Shown here in pieces: positions 11,991 through 24,614 of a stretch of 64,000 nt of DNA. The stretch spans positions 7,440,001 through 7,504,000 of the forward strand of contig OX597820.1 in NCBI GenBank assembly GCA_951406725.2, written 5' to 3'. Each line of letters opens with the position of its first letter. The stretch's first letter is position 1. Origin of the DNA: Octopus vulgaris. Taxonomy: Eukaryota. Position numbers and translations under genes: made by a program. The notes under the pieces are model-generated. The model was not told the origin of the DNA. It searched no databases and worked only from the letters and a program-made list of their open reading frames with translations.

Positions 11991-12647
11991 TATTATTAGT
12001 AGTAGTTTTACTGCAGTTACTAGAAATGTAATACATTGTTTAATGGCGTGTAGATTGGTGAGAAACAATTCGGATTTTCGAGGTGTAAAGAGAGCAGCGT
12101 TTAATGATATCAAAAGATGTCATTTGTGCAAGTTTCTCTGTGTGATTGCCAGCTTAATAGGGTTGTCTTTGATTTCGGAAGCCTGGCAGCTTGGGTCGGT
12201 GTTGGCACTGGTTTCACTCTACAGTGCGGTCTCGTGATTCCAGAGTCGATACCATTATTTAACACGTGATACCTTGGCAAGAATCTCGTGCTGTAGTATT
12301 TGGTCAAGTGAAACATTTAATTAAAACTGAATTGGCAGAAATGACCCGAAGCCCATCGAATGGATTCTAATGATCCCTGCATGATTGATTCGCCATCTTC
12401 AATATTGGCTTTTACTGTCTTTAATGGGGCCCACCCTAATGAAGCAACCGGGTTCTTTAATCCTCAGTGCGACTGTCATAACTACGTATCCGACAATGGA
12501 TTGGTAGTGTCATTAGAGAGTCGGATAAAATGCCTGGTGGTATTTTGTCCAGCAGCTTAAGCTCTGACTCCCGCTGAACACGGTTTTTACTTTACCCAGG
12601 GGTTTGTACGTTTGTCTTTCTTTACTACTTTTCTATCTCTCTCATTA

Positions 12648-12693
<46 letters not shown>

Positions 12694-13009
12694 ACGACGA
12701 GCAGCGTGTCTGCAGACATCAACCAATTATCCAACGATTGTATCGGATTCTATTTTATAGAGATTACACAGATACGGGTTGCAATATATTGCAAAATGCC
12801 CGTTCCTTTTAAAAATAAAGTGTTTATTACGTCGTAAATTCTGCTTAACAGAGATTTTCATTATATTTCGAAATTCGGCTTAAATAAAAGATACAAAACG
12901 ATTCGATCCTCTCCACAGGTTCTAAATATTTCCTTTGTAACTACATATCATAACTCCATACAAATCTCGTCGTTTCTCTAAAAGAGCAGCACAGATCGTT
13001 CGCCAATAG

Positions 13010-14043
13010 TTTGAAATACACAACCATGCGGGAACAAAAACAAAACATATAAAAGAATGAATTACAATGAATTAAATTATAATGAATATGAAACGGTTTT
13101 CTCGGTCCTGCTCCGAGGCGAAACCGCGATTACTTTTTACAATTAAACGTTCTTAGAGTCTTTCCCCCCCCTTTTTTAGCTTGTTCTTTTTCTTAGTCTT
13201 TTTTTTTGTATCGTTTTTTTTCCTTTTTTCTTTAAACTTTTTAACAGTCTATTTTCTTCTTTTTTTTTATGAATTACAAATTTTACTTACCTGTTTTTAC
13301 ATATTCATAAAGGGTTTCAAATCTTCTAATTCCACGACCGACGGGAGCTCGTCAAACTCGACTTCAACCCCCAGCGGATCTATGAAAAGTCCATACATCT
13401 CTCTCAATTTCAAATATCTCTCTTTGTCTATGTCTATTCCTTTAGTGTATTCCGGGTATTTTCCTGGCGGCAGCTTTACTCTTATTGCCGATTTATATTT
13501 TACAATAGTTTTCTCTATTTATTTACTTTTGGAACACGTGACCAAATGCCTCTTGTATCCCTTCCTTTTCACCTCTGCTTGCTTCGGCTCCCGTCCTCAT
13601 CTGTTCGGGCGTACAGAAACATCGCACCCAATTTTATGAACGTTTGCTTTTTCTCCTTGTTGTAATGCTGTTTCTTCCCGTGTGCCTTCTTTCACTACTG
13701 CTTCTGTTAGTGCTTCACACCTATTTTTCTTTTCTTCCATCACAATCTCCTTTAACATTTTTTTGACTGTCTGGGAGAGAATTCACCCGTTCCTTTCTCT
13801 TCCTCGTGTTTACTACTGTGAAGTGTTCCTCCACTCTATCTGTCTCTTTCGTTGGTACTACCTCTTCGGAATTGCTTTCTCCACTTTTCTTCACCTCTTC
13901 GTTTTCCTTCTCGGGACATCTTCCTTTCACGTGCCCCTTTTTGCCGCATAGGAACCATGTGACTAACCCTTAAGGGTTAACCACATTTAGGTGGCAAATT
14001 ACTTCACGATGTCTTGCGGCTACAGTTTATACCTCACTCAGAG

Positions 14044-14090
<47 letters not shown>

Positions 14091-15460
14091 AAATAGCTAG
14101 TTGTGAAATATCAATATCGTTTTCCTTCTCGGGACATCTTGCTTTCATGTACCCCTTTTTGCCTCATAGGAAGCATGTTGGCGGTGTTCCTTCTACTGTA
14201 TTCCAAATCTGCTGTCTTTCAATCAATGACGTCTATTGAGGTGCATACAATTTCTGCCGTATTTTGTCAACAACATTTATTTGCAGTGTCATATGAAAAT
14301 GTCCCTATTAGTTATGACATTTCATATCAGTTACGTTCGTATGAATAAAAGATTATCGTTATTAAACTTTTATTAATGCGACACATACTCTAAGTTCATA
14401 ACATACGCAGTTTTACTTTCCCTCTCTGTTGCACAGATACACACATTATATATGCATTATATATATATTATATATTCGTTTAAGAAACAGATTGGGTTTA
14501 TTTACATTCCTGAAGAAAAAAGATACCCTTCCCCCACCCCTAAGCCTAACCCCTAACCCTAACCCTCACTCTAACCCTAACCCTAGCTCTAACCCTAACT
14601 CTAAAACAGATTGAAATGCAATAGATCGATACTAGGGTCATAATTATAGGTGGACACTAAATAGGGAACGGTTTTGTTATCCATCTCTGTTTATGAGTGA
14701 TCCTCAGTTTATGGCCACAGGGTATCATTTTTTCTCATAAATATCAGTGACAAATTCATATGACACCGCCAGAAAATGTTGTTGACAAAATACGGCAGAT
14801 ATTTTATTCACCTCAATAGACGTCATTGATTGGTTGAAAATGCCGAAATGCAAGAAAATAAACAACAAATAGCTTACAAACTACAGAATTTTCTCAAGAA
14901 AGCCAAGAGGAAAAGATGTTTTATGTAACACATTCTACCAGTAGACGAAGTTTAAAAGTGTTTAGTTACAAAGAAATTATTTTTAAAATCTGCCGGTTAA
15001 AGTGAAAAGATCCGTGCTACTTCTATCTTGTTCGAGGACGTAGATGACGTTCTGTATACTAACTACCGTCTTCTTTTCTATGTTTTTCATCAGTTCTTCA
15101 GGGGGAGTCAGCTTTAGACTATTTCCCTCCTTTTTTTTTACAAATTTTCTTCCTTCCTTCCTCTTTCTTGTGTCCATTTCTATTTCTTGAAATTCCAGGC
15201 TGTTGGCATTTATTCCTTGTGTCGTTGCCGCTGCGTAACTTTATCTATTCCCCATCTTTCTTCACTCCTGCCGTAGACGGGGATTATACAGGTACAAACG
15301 AACCAGTGACTGAAATCCAACAATTTACACAATCCAACGAATCTTGGTTTACCTGCGCAGGGAAACCTACAACAAACATACAATATCAGTGTGTAACGAT
15401 TCGAACTCACATCGAAGAAATCACTATCAACACTCATTAGTGACAATCGCCAGTTATCTC
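13010..15460 (-). mobile_element. Tx1/L1-like ORF1-only retroelement relic, interrupted by a MITE
   Basis: Minus strand: N-terminal piece MDTRKRK..EELMKNIEKKTVV (15200-15010); TVEGTPPTCFL.GKKG.MKARCP and LCGKKGHVKGRCP CCHC knuckle (14215-14120, duplicated at 13960-13905); K/E-rich linker; C-terminal ..LEDLKPFMNM* near 13298; then ~290-nt 3' UTR with no ORF2. Confidence 0.65.
14221..15005. mobile_element. MITE-like element with long inverted repeats and internal (CCCTAA)n
   Basis: Inverted repeat 14221..14303 / 14748..14831; telomere-like hexamers at 14538..14604. Confidence 0.7.
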
Positions 15461-16248
15461 TCTCTTTATTAGAGGCACAGAGGGGGCATGCACAAACATG
15501 CGGTAACAAAAAAAACACATGAAAGAATGAATTACGATGATTTTAAATTATAATGAATATGAGACGATTTTCTCGGTCCTGCTCCGAGACGAAACCGTGA
15601 TTACTTTTTTAAAATTAAACGTTCTTAAAGTCTTTTTTCTGCCCCCACCCACTTTTTTTAGCTCGTTCTTTTTCTTAGTCTTTTGTTTGTTTGCTTTTTG
15701 TATCGATTTTTTTTTTCCTTTTCTTTATACATTTTAACAGGTGCAAACGAACCAGTGACTGAAATTCAATAATTTACACGATCCAACGAATCTTAGTTCA
15801 CCCGCGCGGGGGAACCTACAACAAAGTGCGTAACAATTTGAACTCACATCAAAGAAATCACTACCAACACCCAATAGTGACAACCAACGGTTTTCTCTTC
15901 ATTATAGGCACAAGGCCTGAATACAGAGGGGACATACACAAACATGCGGGAACAAAAAAGGAACATATGAAAGAATGAATTACAATGATTTTAAATTATA
16001 ATGAATATGAGACGGTCATCTCGGTCCCGCTCTGAGACGAAACCATGATTACTTTTTACAATTAAACGTTCTTACAGACTTTTTTCTTTTTTTCAGCTTG
16101 TTCTTTTTCTTAGCCTGTTTTTTTGTTTGTTTGTTTTTGTATCGTTTTGTTTTTTTCTCTTTTCTTTATACATTTTAACAGGTGAAAACGAAACAGTGAC
16201 TGAAATCTAAAAATTTACACCATCCAACGAATCTTGGTTCACCCGCTC
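15288..16248 (-). repeat. ~445-bp tandem repeat (2 units + partial) made of the 5' and 3' ends of the adjacent ORF1-only element
   Basis: CAGGT.AAACGAACCAGTGACTGAAAT recurs near 15289, 15738 and 16179; the second half of each unit matches 13020..13248. Confidence 0.85.
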
Positions 16249-16678
16249 GTGATTTACCTTAACTTTGCAAAGGCATTTGATAAGGTAGCCCAAGAAATGA
16301 TATGTCATAAGACAGTGACCATTGATGGTAAACTGGAAGAGTGGCTGCATGATTCCCTTAAAGAGAGAAATCAGGCAGTTGCAGCCTATGGTAGCCTTGA
16401 CTAAACTCAAATTCTAAGTGGCGTCCCTCAGGAAACTGTTCTGGGGTCATTACTGTTCATAATGATTCGCGTAGACATGCCCACGGTCACTCGGACAGCC
16501 ACTGTTACTAGCTATTTCAATAATACAAAATTATCACTGGCAATAAAATATCAAGAGGATGTCGCAATCTTACAACGGAACCTGAATTCGATATACAGAT
16601 GGACCGGAATAAACAATATGCAGTAGGACCCAAAGGCACTATAGTACCTGAGTCACAAGCAGTGAAAGACTTGGGGTA
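16248..16678 (+). mobile_element. CR1/L2-group LINE reverse transcriptase fragment
   Basis: VIYLNFAKAFDKV, SGVPQETVLGSLLF, decayed FADDTK (YFNNTK), LQRNLNSIYRW. Confidence 0.8.
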
Positions 16679-17109
16679 TCTCTCTTTCTCTCTCTATTTC
16701 CCTCTTTCTATAGTAAGCACAATCAAACACACAGACGCAAACATCTCACCTCACCACTGTCTGTTTTCTGACATCTACCCATCCACATACACAATCACGC
16801 ATACACATACATACACACACACATTAATGCAGTTATATACAGTCACACACACAGGCACTCATTCACAAAAGAAATTAACAAAATCCACCATTCATACGAC
16901 CTGCACCCTTTCACCTTCCTATTCTTTTGCCTCCCTCTTCCAACTTCGTTTGAACCCTTGAACCTTTAGAACCTTCTATATTCTTCTACTTTCAACCACT
17001 TTGACGTCACTTCTTATAAAGGAATATTTTAAAGAGACATTCATTACCGCTATGGGCTCCGTGTGAGCAATCATCTGAAAGTTTTTGTGCATTTTGATGT
17101 TGACATAAG

Positions 17110-17208
17110 TTCCTTGCTTTTCCTGATGAGAAAGCGGCATAATGTACTCCTTATTCCGTCGCAATTAGGAATATGCAGCCTTCGAAACATATGTCGAAAA
17201 TAAAGGAA
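17110..17208 (+). ncRNA. Type I hammerhead ribozyme (intact core)
   Basis: TTCCTTGCTTTTC-CTGATGA(17123..17129)-GAAAGCGGCATA...TATGCAGCCTTC-GAAAC-ATAT-GTC^GAAAATAAAGGAA; stem I 11/13 bp, stem II 10/12 bp, palindromic stem III ACATATGT; cleavage after 17195. Confidence 0.88.
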
Positions 17209-17244
17209 TTTTGTTAATTCGTCGTTCAGCTCCATTCTTTCATA

Positions 17245-17323
<79 letters not shown>

Positions 17324-17329
17324 ATATTC

Positions 17330-18800
17330 AATGTGTACAAATACCAAGGAAAAATAAATAAATAGTTACTAGAATAGCAAAAATTCACGTAAGTGTCAAG
17401 GATATTACAGCCTACTTATAAAGGTGGCAATTCCAGGGTTAATTGAAATGTTCTTAGTAAAACATGGATAAATTAAGAAATCGAGTCAAAAGCAGATCTT
17501 ATTCAAATTACTTTCACTCCCGTCATATGTTTCGATAAATGTTTTGAGATTATTTCGGCGGGAATAAAGGTGATGTAAAACAATGCAATCATCTCGTCAG
17601 GGTAAGAAAGGAAGAAAACACATCAATAAGCCATTTCAACCGACTGTGATTACCGCAGCAATTTCATATTTTCTGAAGAATATTTTTTTTAATCTAGCGA
17701 AAGTTATTTCCACAATAGTGTCTGATGCAAATACGCAGGACCTTCGAATTCAGGACCTCAGAACAACACTAGACGAGAAACACTATCCACAATTAAAACT
17801 GCCAAGAAAACAGACATCGAAATACTAAGGGAGACAAAACGAAATTCCGCACCACATATAAAAAATACTATCCTGTATATAGACACACAACCCTAGAAAC
17901 AATGAGGCATACAACACCATTATTCAAAACCTCCCAAAGCTCACAAGTGATCTAAATAGGAACCATATGCAAAAATCCAAATCACTAAAAAGACTAATGA
18001 CACATGCGAAACTATACTCAGCAACAATGAAACTAATAGTTAAAAAATGCGGACGTCCAAATTGTGGAACATGCTCCAACCTACTGGAAGGTTCCGAATT
18101 CCATCTTAAAGAAGGACAGAAATTCACCACTAGGACCAATTTCACTTGTGCAAGGTAATGTAATTTATATGATAACTTGTTCTTGTTGTAGAGACAACTA
18201 TAAAAGCCAAACAATGATGTCACTTTAATGGAGGACTACTCTGCATAAGGAACAGATCAATTTCCTGTGTTATAGACAGATACCTCTGAGTGAACATATA
18301 GTGAGATGTACAAGGAATCTGCTACCAAACTCCAAGGTTTTCCTCATCTACCAGTGCCAGAAACAATTTCTATATACGAAGAATTAAATATAGAAGATAT
18401 ATTTATTGACAAATACAAACCACTTTCAAATATGAACGTATAGCCAATTTTCGGTTATGTAAATATTTTAATTCATGAACGCATAACCGACGCTCTGTAA
18501 ATTTTATCTCACTACTTTAACTCATGAGTTTATATAAATTAATCCCAAGTGCAATTACCTCCCCTCTCTCGAATAGTAACAATCACCGTTAACCTCCCCT
18601 TAGATTATTTCTACATACTTATTCATTTATAAATAAACTCTCATACCGACAACATGGACTAAAAATACGAAATTGCTATATTTTCACCGATTTCAAAGTC
18701 ATGATTAGCGAAACGTGAAAACGGTCGACAATGATAGTATTCTATCCTTTTAAATATATTAAAAATATATAAATCGTGTGCATTTACCTTCTTTTATTAC
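17330..18800 (+). mobile_element. Penelope-like element, 5'-truncated (RT thumb, Cys-rich linker, GIY-YIG endonuclease) preceded by an inverted pLTR-like segment
   Basis: NIFFNLAKVISTIVSD..LDEKHYP (17678+), KCGRPNCGTC..FTC, NVIYMITCSCCRDNYKSQT (GIY-YIG-like), stops and frameshifts; flanked by (TA)n. Confidence 0.85.
17511..17610 (-). ncRNA. Type I hammerhead ribozyme with mutated cleavage triplet (GAC)
   Basis: Minus strand CTTTCTTACC-CTGACGA-GATGA...TTATC-GAAAC-ATAT-GAC-GGGAGTGAAAG. Confidence 0.65.
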
Positions 18801-19997
18801 ACACACACACATACACACATATATATATATATATATGCATATATATAAATATAATATATATATATATATACGCATATATGTATATGTATACATATACATA
18901 TGATATATATGAGTAGTATATATAAGCATATGTGCGTATATATATATATATATATATACTATAATATATATATATATATATGTGTGTGTGTATGTATGTA
19001 TGTATGTATATAAATGTATTTCGTTCATCTATTCACTTATCTTTGTTTGAAGGAGAGCATGACCTAAAATGTTGTTTTATTAACATATCTCTAAGATGGT
19101 GTTTGCTTTTATGTCGTTTAAGTAAAGAAAATACTAGAAATAAATCGTGTTAAAGGACAAAAGGCAACGACTGAAGTAAAACAGTGAAAATATTCAACTT
19201 TGCCACCATCTTTATTAAAGACAGCGACTATGATGACACTATATTCAATAGGAATAATTAACTATACTTTTGGCATGATTCACTTTAGATTATTCTTACC
19301 ACGGGGATTCTTATGGAAATTTAATGATTTGGCAGTTTGTCCTTTGTTGACAGAGTTTTTGGCATCTGTTCAAGATTAGCAATAAATTCGTTAAAAACAA
19401 AAACATGACTGACAAATGATAGAACAATAATTCTTTATGAAAATTTCTCATTTCTCATTGTTGTTGTTTGTTATATGGTTGCTTTGCCCAAGGTCAGCCT
19501 TCACCGAACAGCAGATCTTTATGATCCAGTTCAAACTGTTGCATATTTATTCAATCAAGGCGACAAACTCTGTTGCCTCTAGAGCCTACCAAGCTGGCCC
19601 TCGTGGCAGTTGAGGTCGTTGCAAAGCAGTTGTTAATCAAGAGGTGTGAGTGATTGAAGGTTTCCAAGTGTATTGGTCACTAGACAAAATCTGGGGGTTC
19701 AAAAGCAAAGGGTAGATCACCTACGGCGTGGTGGTGGGGGTGTAGGATCCTTGAAAGACAAAGGAACGACACACCTCAGTGGGTCCAGGAAACAATAATG
19801 ATGATATGTCAAGGAGCATCACAGGATGATATATGGAGAAAACTATTTAGGATTGCACCATCTAATGTCTGACATTCGACGTAAAGGTCTCTAGATCAAT
19901 GTCTACACGAAAATTATAGCTGGTGAGGGAAATTGGGACACGTTTATAATATGCACATAGACACATATGCATATATGTATGTGTGAGCGTATTTGTA

Positions 19998-20063
<66 letters not shown>

Positions 20064-20524
20064 CATACATATATACATACACATATATGTATGTCCACAT
20101 ATATATAGTTAATCAAATATATCCAGTGAGAATAAAGTGAACTGGATTTTAGATAAGTGCTCTTGGTATGAGAAATGTCTAAAACCTTAAAGAGTTTTAA
20201 AGATTTAATAAGAGCGATTATATATTATAAAGTAAAAGCAGGAAAAATTACATAAAAAAATCACAGAAGATATACGTCCATAATATAAATAATATTCTAT
20301 TAATAAAATAAATATATAAAGTGTGATTATTTAAAAAAAAAGGTTTGAGATATCTTACGATTGTTTCATGAAAGTATTACCCTTCAAGATGAAATCCAAA
20401 ATTGATAATCATTATTAGGTAATACATCTACTCATCGGAGAAAAGGACGAATTTCCGTGTAGTCAATCGAATGAGAGAGATGCTATTTAAAATCGTATGA
20501 TAAATATGTCGTTTAAAAAGTTGC

Positions 20525-21940
20525 TGGTATAGATATGTACGGGCACAAACGTGGGTTAAATATTTTGAAAAAATAATATAAATCCATGGTAGAATCCTTT
20601 GTAATAATCTGCAATGACTGTGTGTAGATAGAAGTCCCATGATTCCTTTTCTCTTTAGTATGTAATCCGTTATTGTAAAGGTTTTTTTATTGCCTACAAA
20701 GGATCAACATAGAGGGGACATTACAAGGTGGGGACAAAAAAAAAGCGAATATAAGGGATGAATAAAATAATGGATGAAAATGAAAAATGAAATGATGTCG
20801 TTCGGCCCCCCACCTCCGAACGATTTACTTCAAAATCACGGTTGATCTCCATTCTTCTGAACAATGTCTATATTATAATCATCGCGAAGATCACGATAGT
20901 CTATCCACTTTGGTAATTGGCTGATGTCAATTTTCTTGACCCAGTATTTATAGACCTTATCTTAGACTTTTATTCTTGAAAATTATTCCAAGTTTGCCAC
21001 CACTCAATGGTATCACCATGGTAATCCGGAAAATGATGTTTTATTTACTTTTATTATATTCTCCCATGTGTCTATCTCGTCGTAAATTTCTATAATTGTT
21101 GTCATATATTGCAACCTATTTTTTCTCACAGGACGGCGGTGGGGCAGCTTTGGGGCTCCTGTGTACTTGTGCTTGTCTTTGTGTCGGTGGGGTGTGGAGA
21201 GGTTTGGTGTCTATAGGGGAGGATGGGGCAGAGTGGGTGGGGGTTGGAGTCAGGTGAGTGTGGGATGGGGGTCAGCATTCACAGGGTTTGCCTATTTTCT
21301 CTTCTTTTTCTACCAGACTTTTCTCATTCATTCACTTCGTTGTTCACCTCTTCTGCTTCCTCGGCACATGTATTGTCCTTCGGCGGCGCTGAAGGTGCGG
21401 TTTCCTCCCTGCTTACGGGCTTTTTCTTTGGTCCATACAGGCGGCGATACCGTTGTGTGGTGTCAAACGTGGAACAATTGTCAAGAATAAAAGACTATGA
21501 TAACGTCTATGGATACTGGGTCAAGAAAATTGACACCAGCCAATTACCAAAGTGGACAGACTCTCGTGATCTTCGCGATGATTATAATTTAGACATAAGG
21601 ATCATAAGGATGAAGATTAACTGTTTTAAAGTCACATTAACTGCTTCAATGAAGTCGCTCGGAGGTGGGGCCCAACGGCTTCATTTCATTTTTCGTTTTC
21701 ATTCATTTTTTTTTTCACCCCTTACATTCGTTTTTGTTCCCACCTTGTAGTTTCCCCTCTCTGTTGACCCCTTGTGGACAATAAAGAAACCTTTACAATA
21801 CGGATTACATACTAAAAGGAAAGGGAATCATGGGACTTCTAGCTACACACAGCCATTGCTGATTATTACAAAGGATTTTACCATGGATTTATATTATTTT
21901 TCAAACTTTTTTGCCCAAGTTTATACCAATACACATACCA
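20525..21940. repeat. Long inverted repeat (~490-bp arms, ~425-bp spacer) built from ORF1-like retroelement 3' ends
   Basis: 20525..21018 is the reverse complement of 21443..21940 with scattered mismatches; both arms encode YWVKKID.SQLPKW.D.RDLRDDYN. Confidence 0.9.
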
Positions 21941-22030
21941 ATAACTTCTATCTATATAGATATATATAAATTTATATATATATATATCTATATATATGCA
22001 TATATGTACATAGAAGAAATATAGATAAAT

Positions 22031-22066
<36 letters not shown>

Positions 22067-22384
22067 TGAAAGATTAGGTAGACACACGTAGATGTATTTA
22101 GGCAGGGAGAGAAGAAGTGGTGTTTATATCTACCATGTAAACCCTGTGTAGTCTCAAAATTTTCATCGGTCACGATGAATAAAGTATGTACTGTGATGGA
22201 TATAACTGAGTTATAGAAAACATAGCAATATTTTGAAGTGTGTGCTGCAGTATGGCCGCAATCCAGTGATTGAAAACTGTAAGAGAACAGAAAAATTAAA
22301 ATGTAAATTGCCTCAGTGAAATTCTGAGAAGAGAAATAAAATAGGAAAGAATTAATGAAAGAGTGCTAGGATTTTATATTGAGG

Positions 22385-22460
22385 GAGAAGAAGAAGAAGA
22401 AGAAGAAGAAGAAGAAGAAGAAGAAGAAGAAGAAGAAGAAGAAGAAGAAGAAGAAAAAGA
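22385..22460. repeat. (GAA)n microsatellite
   Basis: Direct observation. Confidence 0.95.
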
Positions 22461-22762
22461 AGGAGCAGGAGGAGAAGAAGATAGTGAGATATTATTTGTG
22501 GTTAACATTGAATTGTTTTGACAGTTTAAAAGAGCAATTAATGGAGGGAGGAGTGATGATGGGAGTAGTGAGAGATATCAGTTGTGATTGTAGATATGTT
22601 GTTGCAGTAGAAGGAATGACTACGACAGATACAAGACAACAACAACAACAACCAGAACAGCATCAAGAGCAGTAAAAATAGCAAGAACGATAACAGCAAC
22701 AACAATAATGATGAGGACAAGTACAAGAAAAATCTTTTATGATACTTACAACAGCAAATGCA

Positions 22763-22800
<38 letters not shown>

Positions 22801-23269
22801 TGTGTCTGTGTGTGTGTGTGTGTGTCTGTGTGTTTGCGTGTGCGTAACCGAATATCTTTGTCAAGGGCACAAGATTGGATGTGGTTGACTTTTGCGTCGA
22901 CCTTGGCAGCACTATCTCTAGAGATGGATCTCTTGAATTTGAAATAAATGTGAAGGGTGGGGAAAAAATAGCAAAGCTGTTAGAAAACACGACACCTGAG
23001 TTTGGTTTGATAGATGCATCACCATTAAAAGCAGGCTGAGTGTCTCTGAATCGTGTGTCTTCTCCACCCATTTAAACTACTCTGTGACTTTGATTATCGT
23101 CACATTAAAACCTAGGAACGATTCGATGAAACTTGCTTCAGGAGGAACTTAAGCATCAAATGACAGTCTTTAACGCCAGACACGGTTGTTATTCATCCAA
23201 CCAACTCATCCAATATTGAAAAGCTCCTCATACACAACCAAATGCGTGGGGTTAGGCCCCTTAATAGGG

Positions 23270-24310
23270 TGGAGGATGACTGGTTACCAAAGCCTTCTAC
23301 AACCACATGCAGCTACCTCCCATTTCTCAAGGAAATCACGACCGGGATCCTTTCCAGATCCTCCGGAATCTTTAGGTTGTCACCAAAAAGATCACACCTG
23401 TACCATCTGCCGGACATTCAGTAGGGTATCCCCACTCTCTAGGCTTGCCATCCAGGTGCGTAGGGTACGAAGGGACCGCGGAGTGTTGAAGAGCAAGGGT
23501 CTTGGTTTTGAATAAGACTTCTATGTCCACACATAGCTTCCCTCTAGACACTCACTGGATGTCTTTCCATATTTTTAAGAGCCCTTTTCACCTGAGTATC
23601 AGTTGCGTCCTCTATGCGGCCGTTCCTCACCGAGATACATCAGGAACGCATTTGTTTGTTTTAAACAGAAGTGACGGAGCGAATCCGATTAACGCTTTCC
23701 CCTCAATAACGAACTTCGTCGCTCAACTTCCCCTGCTTGTCTTCTAAGGAGAGTTTAATTCGTTCCTTTTACCTTGGATCAGTCACAGAAGTAGGATTGC
23801 TGTCGTTGTTGTTGTTAAGCAACAAGACGGGTAAGGAGGATTAGGTGATGGCATAGGGTTTAGGGACGGGAGACCCCCAGACCTTTGAAAAAAAACTTTG
23901 GTCGTCTTGTAGTCGACGGCTCTTCGTTGACGCCCGACATCACTGGGAGGTGACCCTCGAAGTCGCTGGAAATGGAGATCTCCGGCTGCTGTTGTTGCTG
24001 CTGAACGTGTTGTTGTTGTCATAGTTGCTGTTGGCATAATTGTTGTTGCTGCTGTTGTTATTGTTGCTGCTACCGTGGTCTTAGCTGTTTGTTTAACATC
24101 CTGTTGTAGCGGAGGCAGTAGTGCTGCTAGAGATATGGCCGCTAACTTTTTGTTGCTGTTGCCGCTGCCGCCATCTTGTAAATATTGCAAGGTTGGGTGA
24201 GTAAATGAAGGGGAGAGAAATCTTCGACTGCGAGAGGTCTGGTGGGAGGAAAGCGGAGAGGGTCGTGTATGAGGCTGAGGTGGTAGCCCCCACTGGCATC
24301 CAAAGTAATA
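23270..24310 (-). mobile_element. Decayed Tx1/L1-like ORF1 (5' portion)
   Basis: Minus strand AAGATGGCGGCAGCG start, Ala/Thr-rich N-terminus, DLERIPVVISLRNGR.LHVVVEG motif that precedes the CCHC knuckle in the 14.2-kb relic. Confidence 0.5.
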
Positions 24311-24614
24311 GCCTAAGCATTAATGATACATCTGCAGACAACAGCAGCAACGACAACAGCGGTAGCAGCGACCGTGGCGACAATAGCACACATAAGACAA
24401 TCCCAAATGTTACGGTGGCGGCATCAACACCAGCTTTGCCACCGGAAATATCTGTTATGGCAGCAGCAAAGGAACCACCAGAACCACGTCCAGAAATACC
24501 AGCACCGCTAGCGACTCCAGCAAGAACATCAACGACATCAGATCCGAAGTTAACAAAAGAAAAATCGACGGTGACAGCACATACAATAAACACAGGAAAT
24601 TTTGTCGGTGCAGC

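Noticed and set aside
15715-15790. Repeated splice acceptor (polypyrimidine-ACAG|G) suggesting tandem host exons
   Set aside because: Following frames contain stops in different units; better explained as the antisense of a retroelement UTR junction
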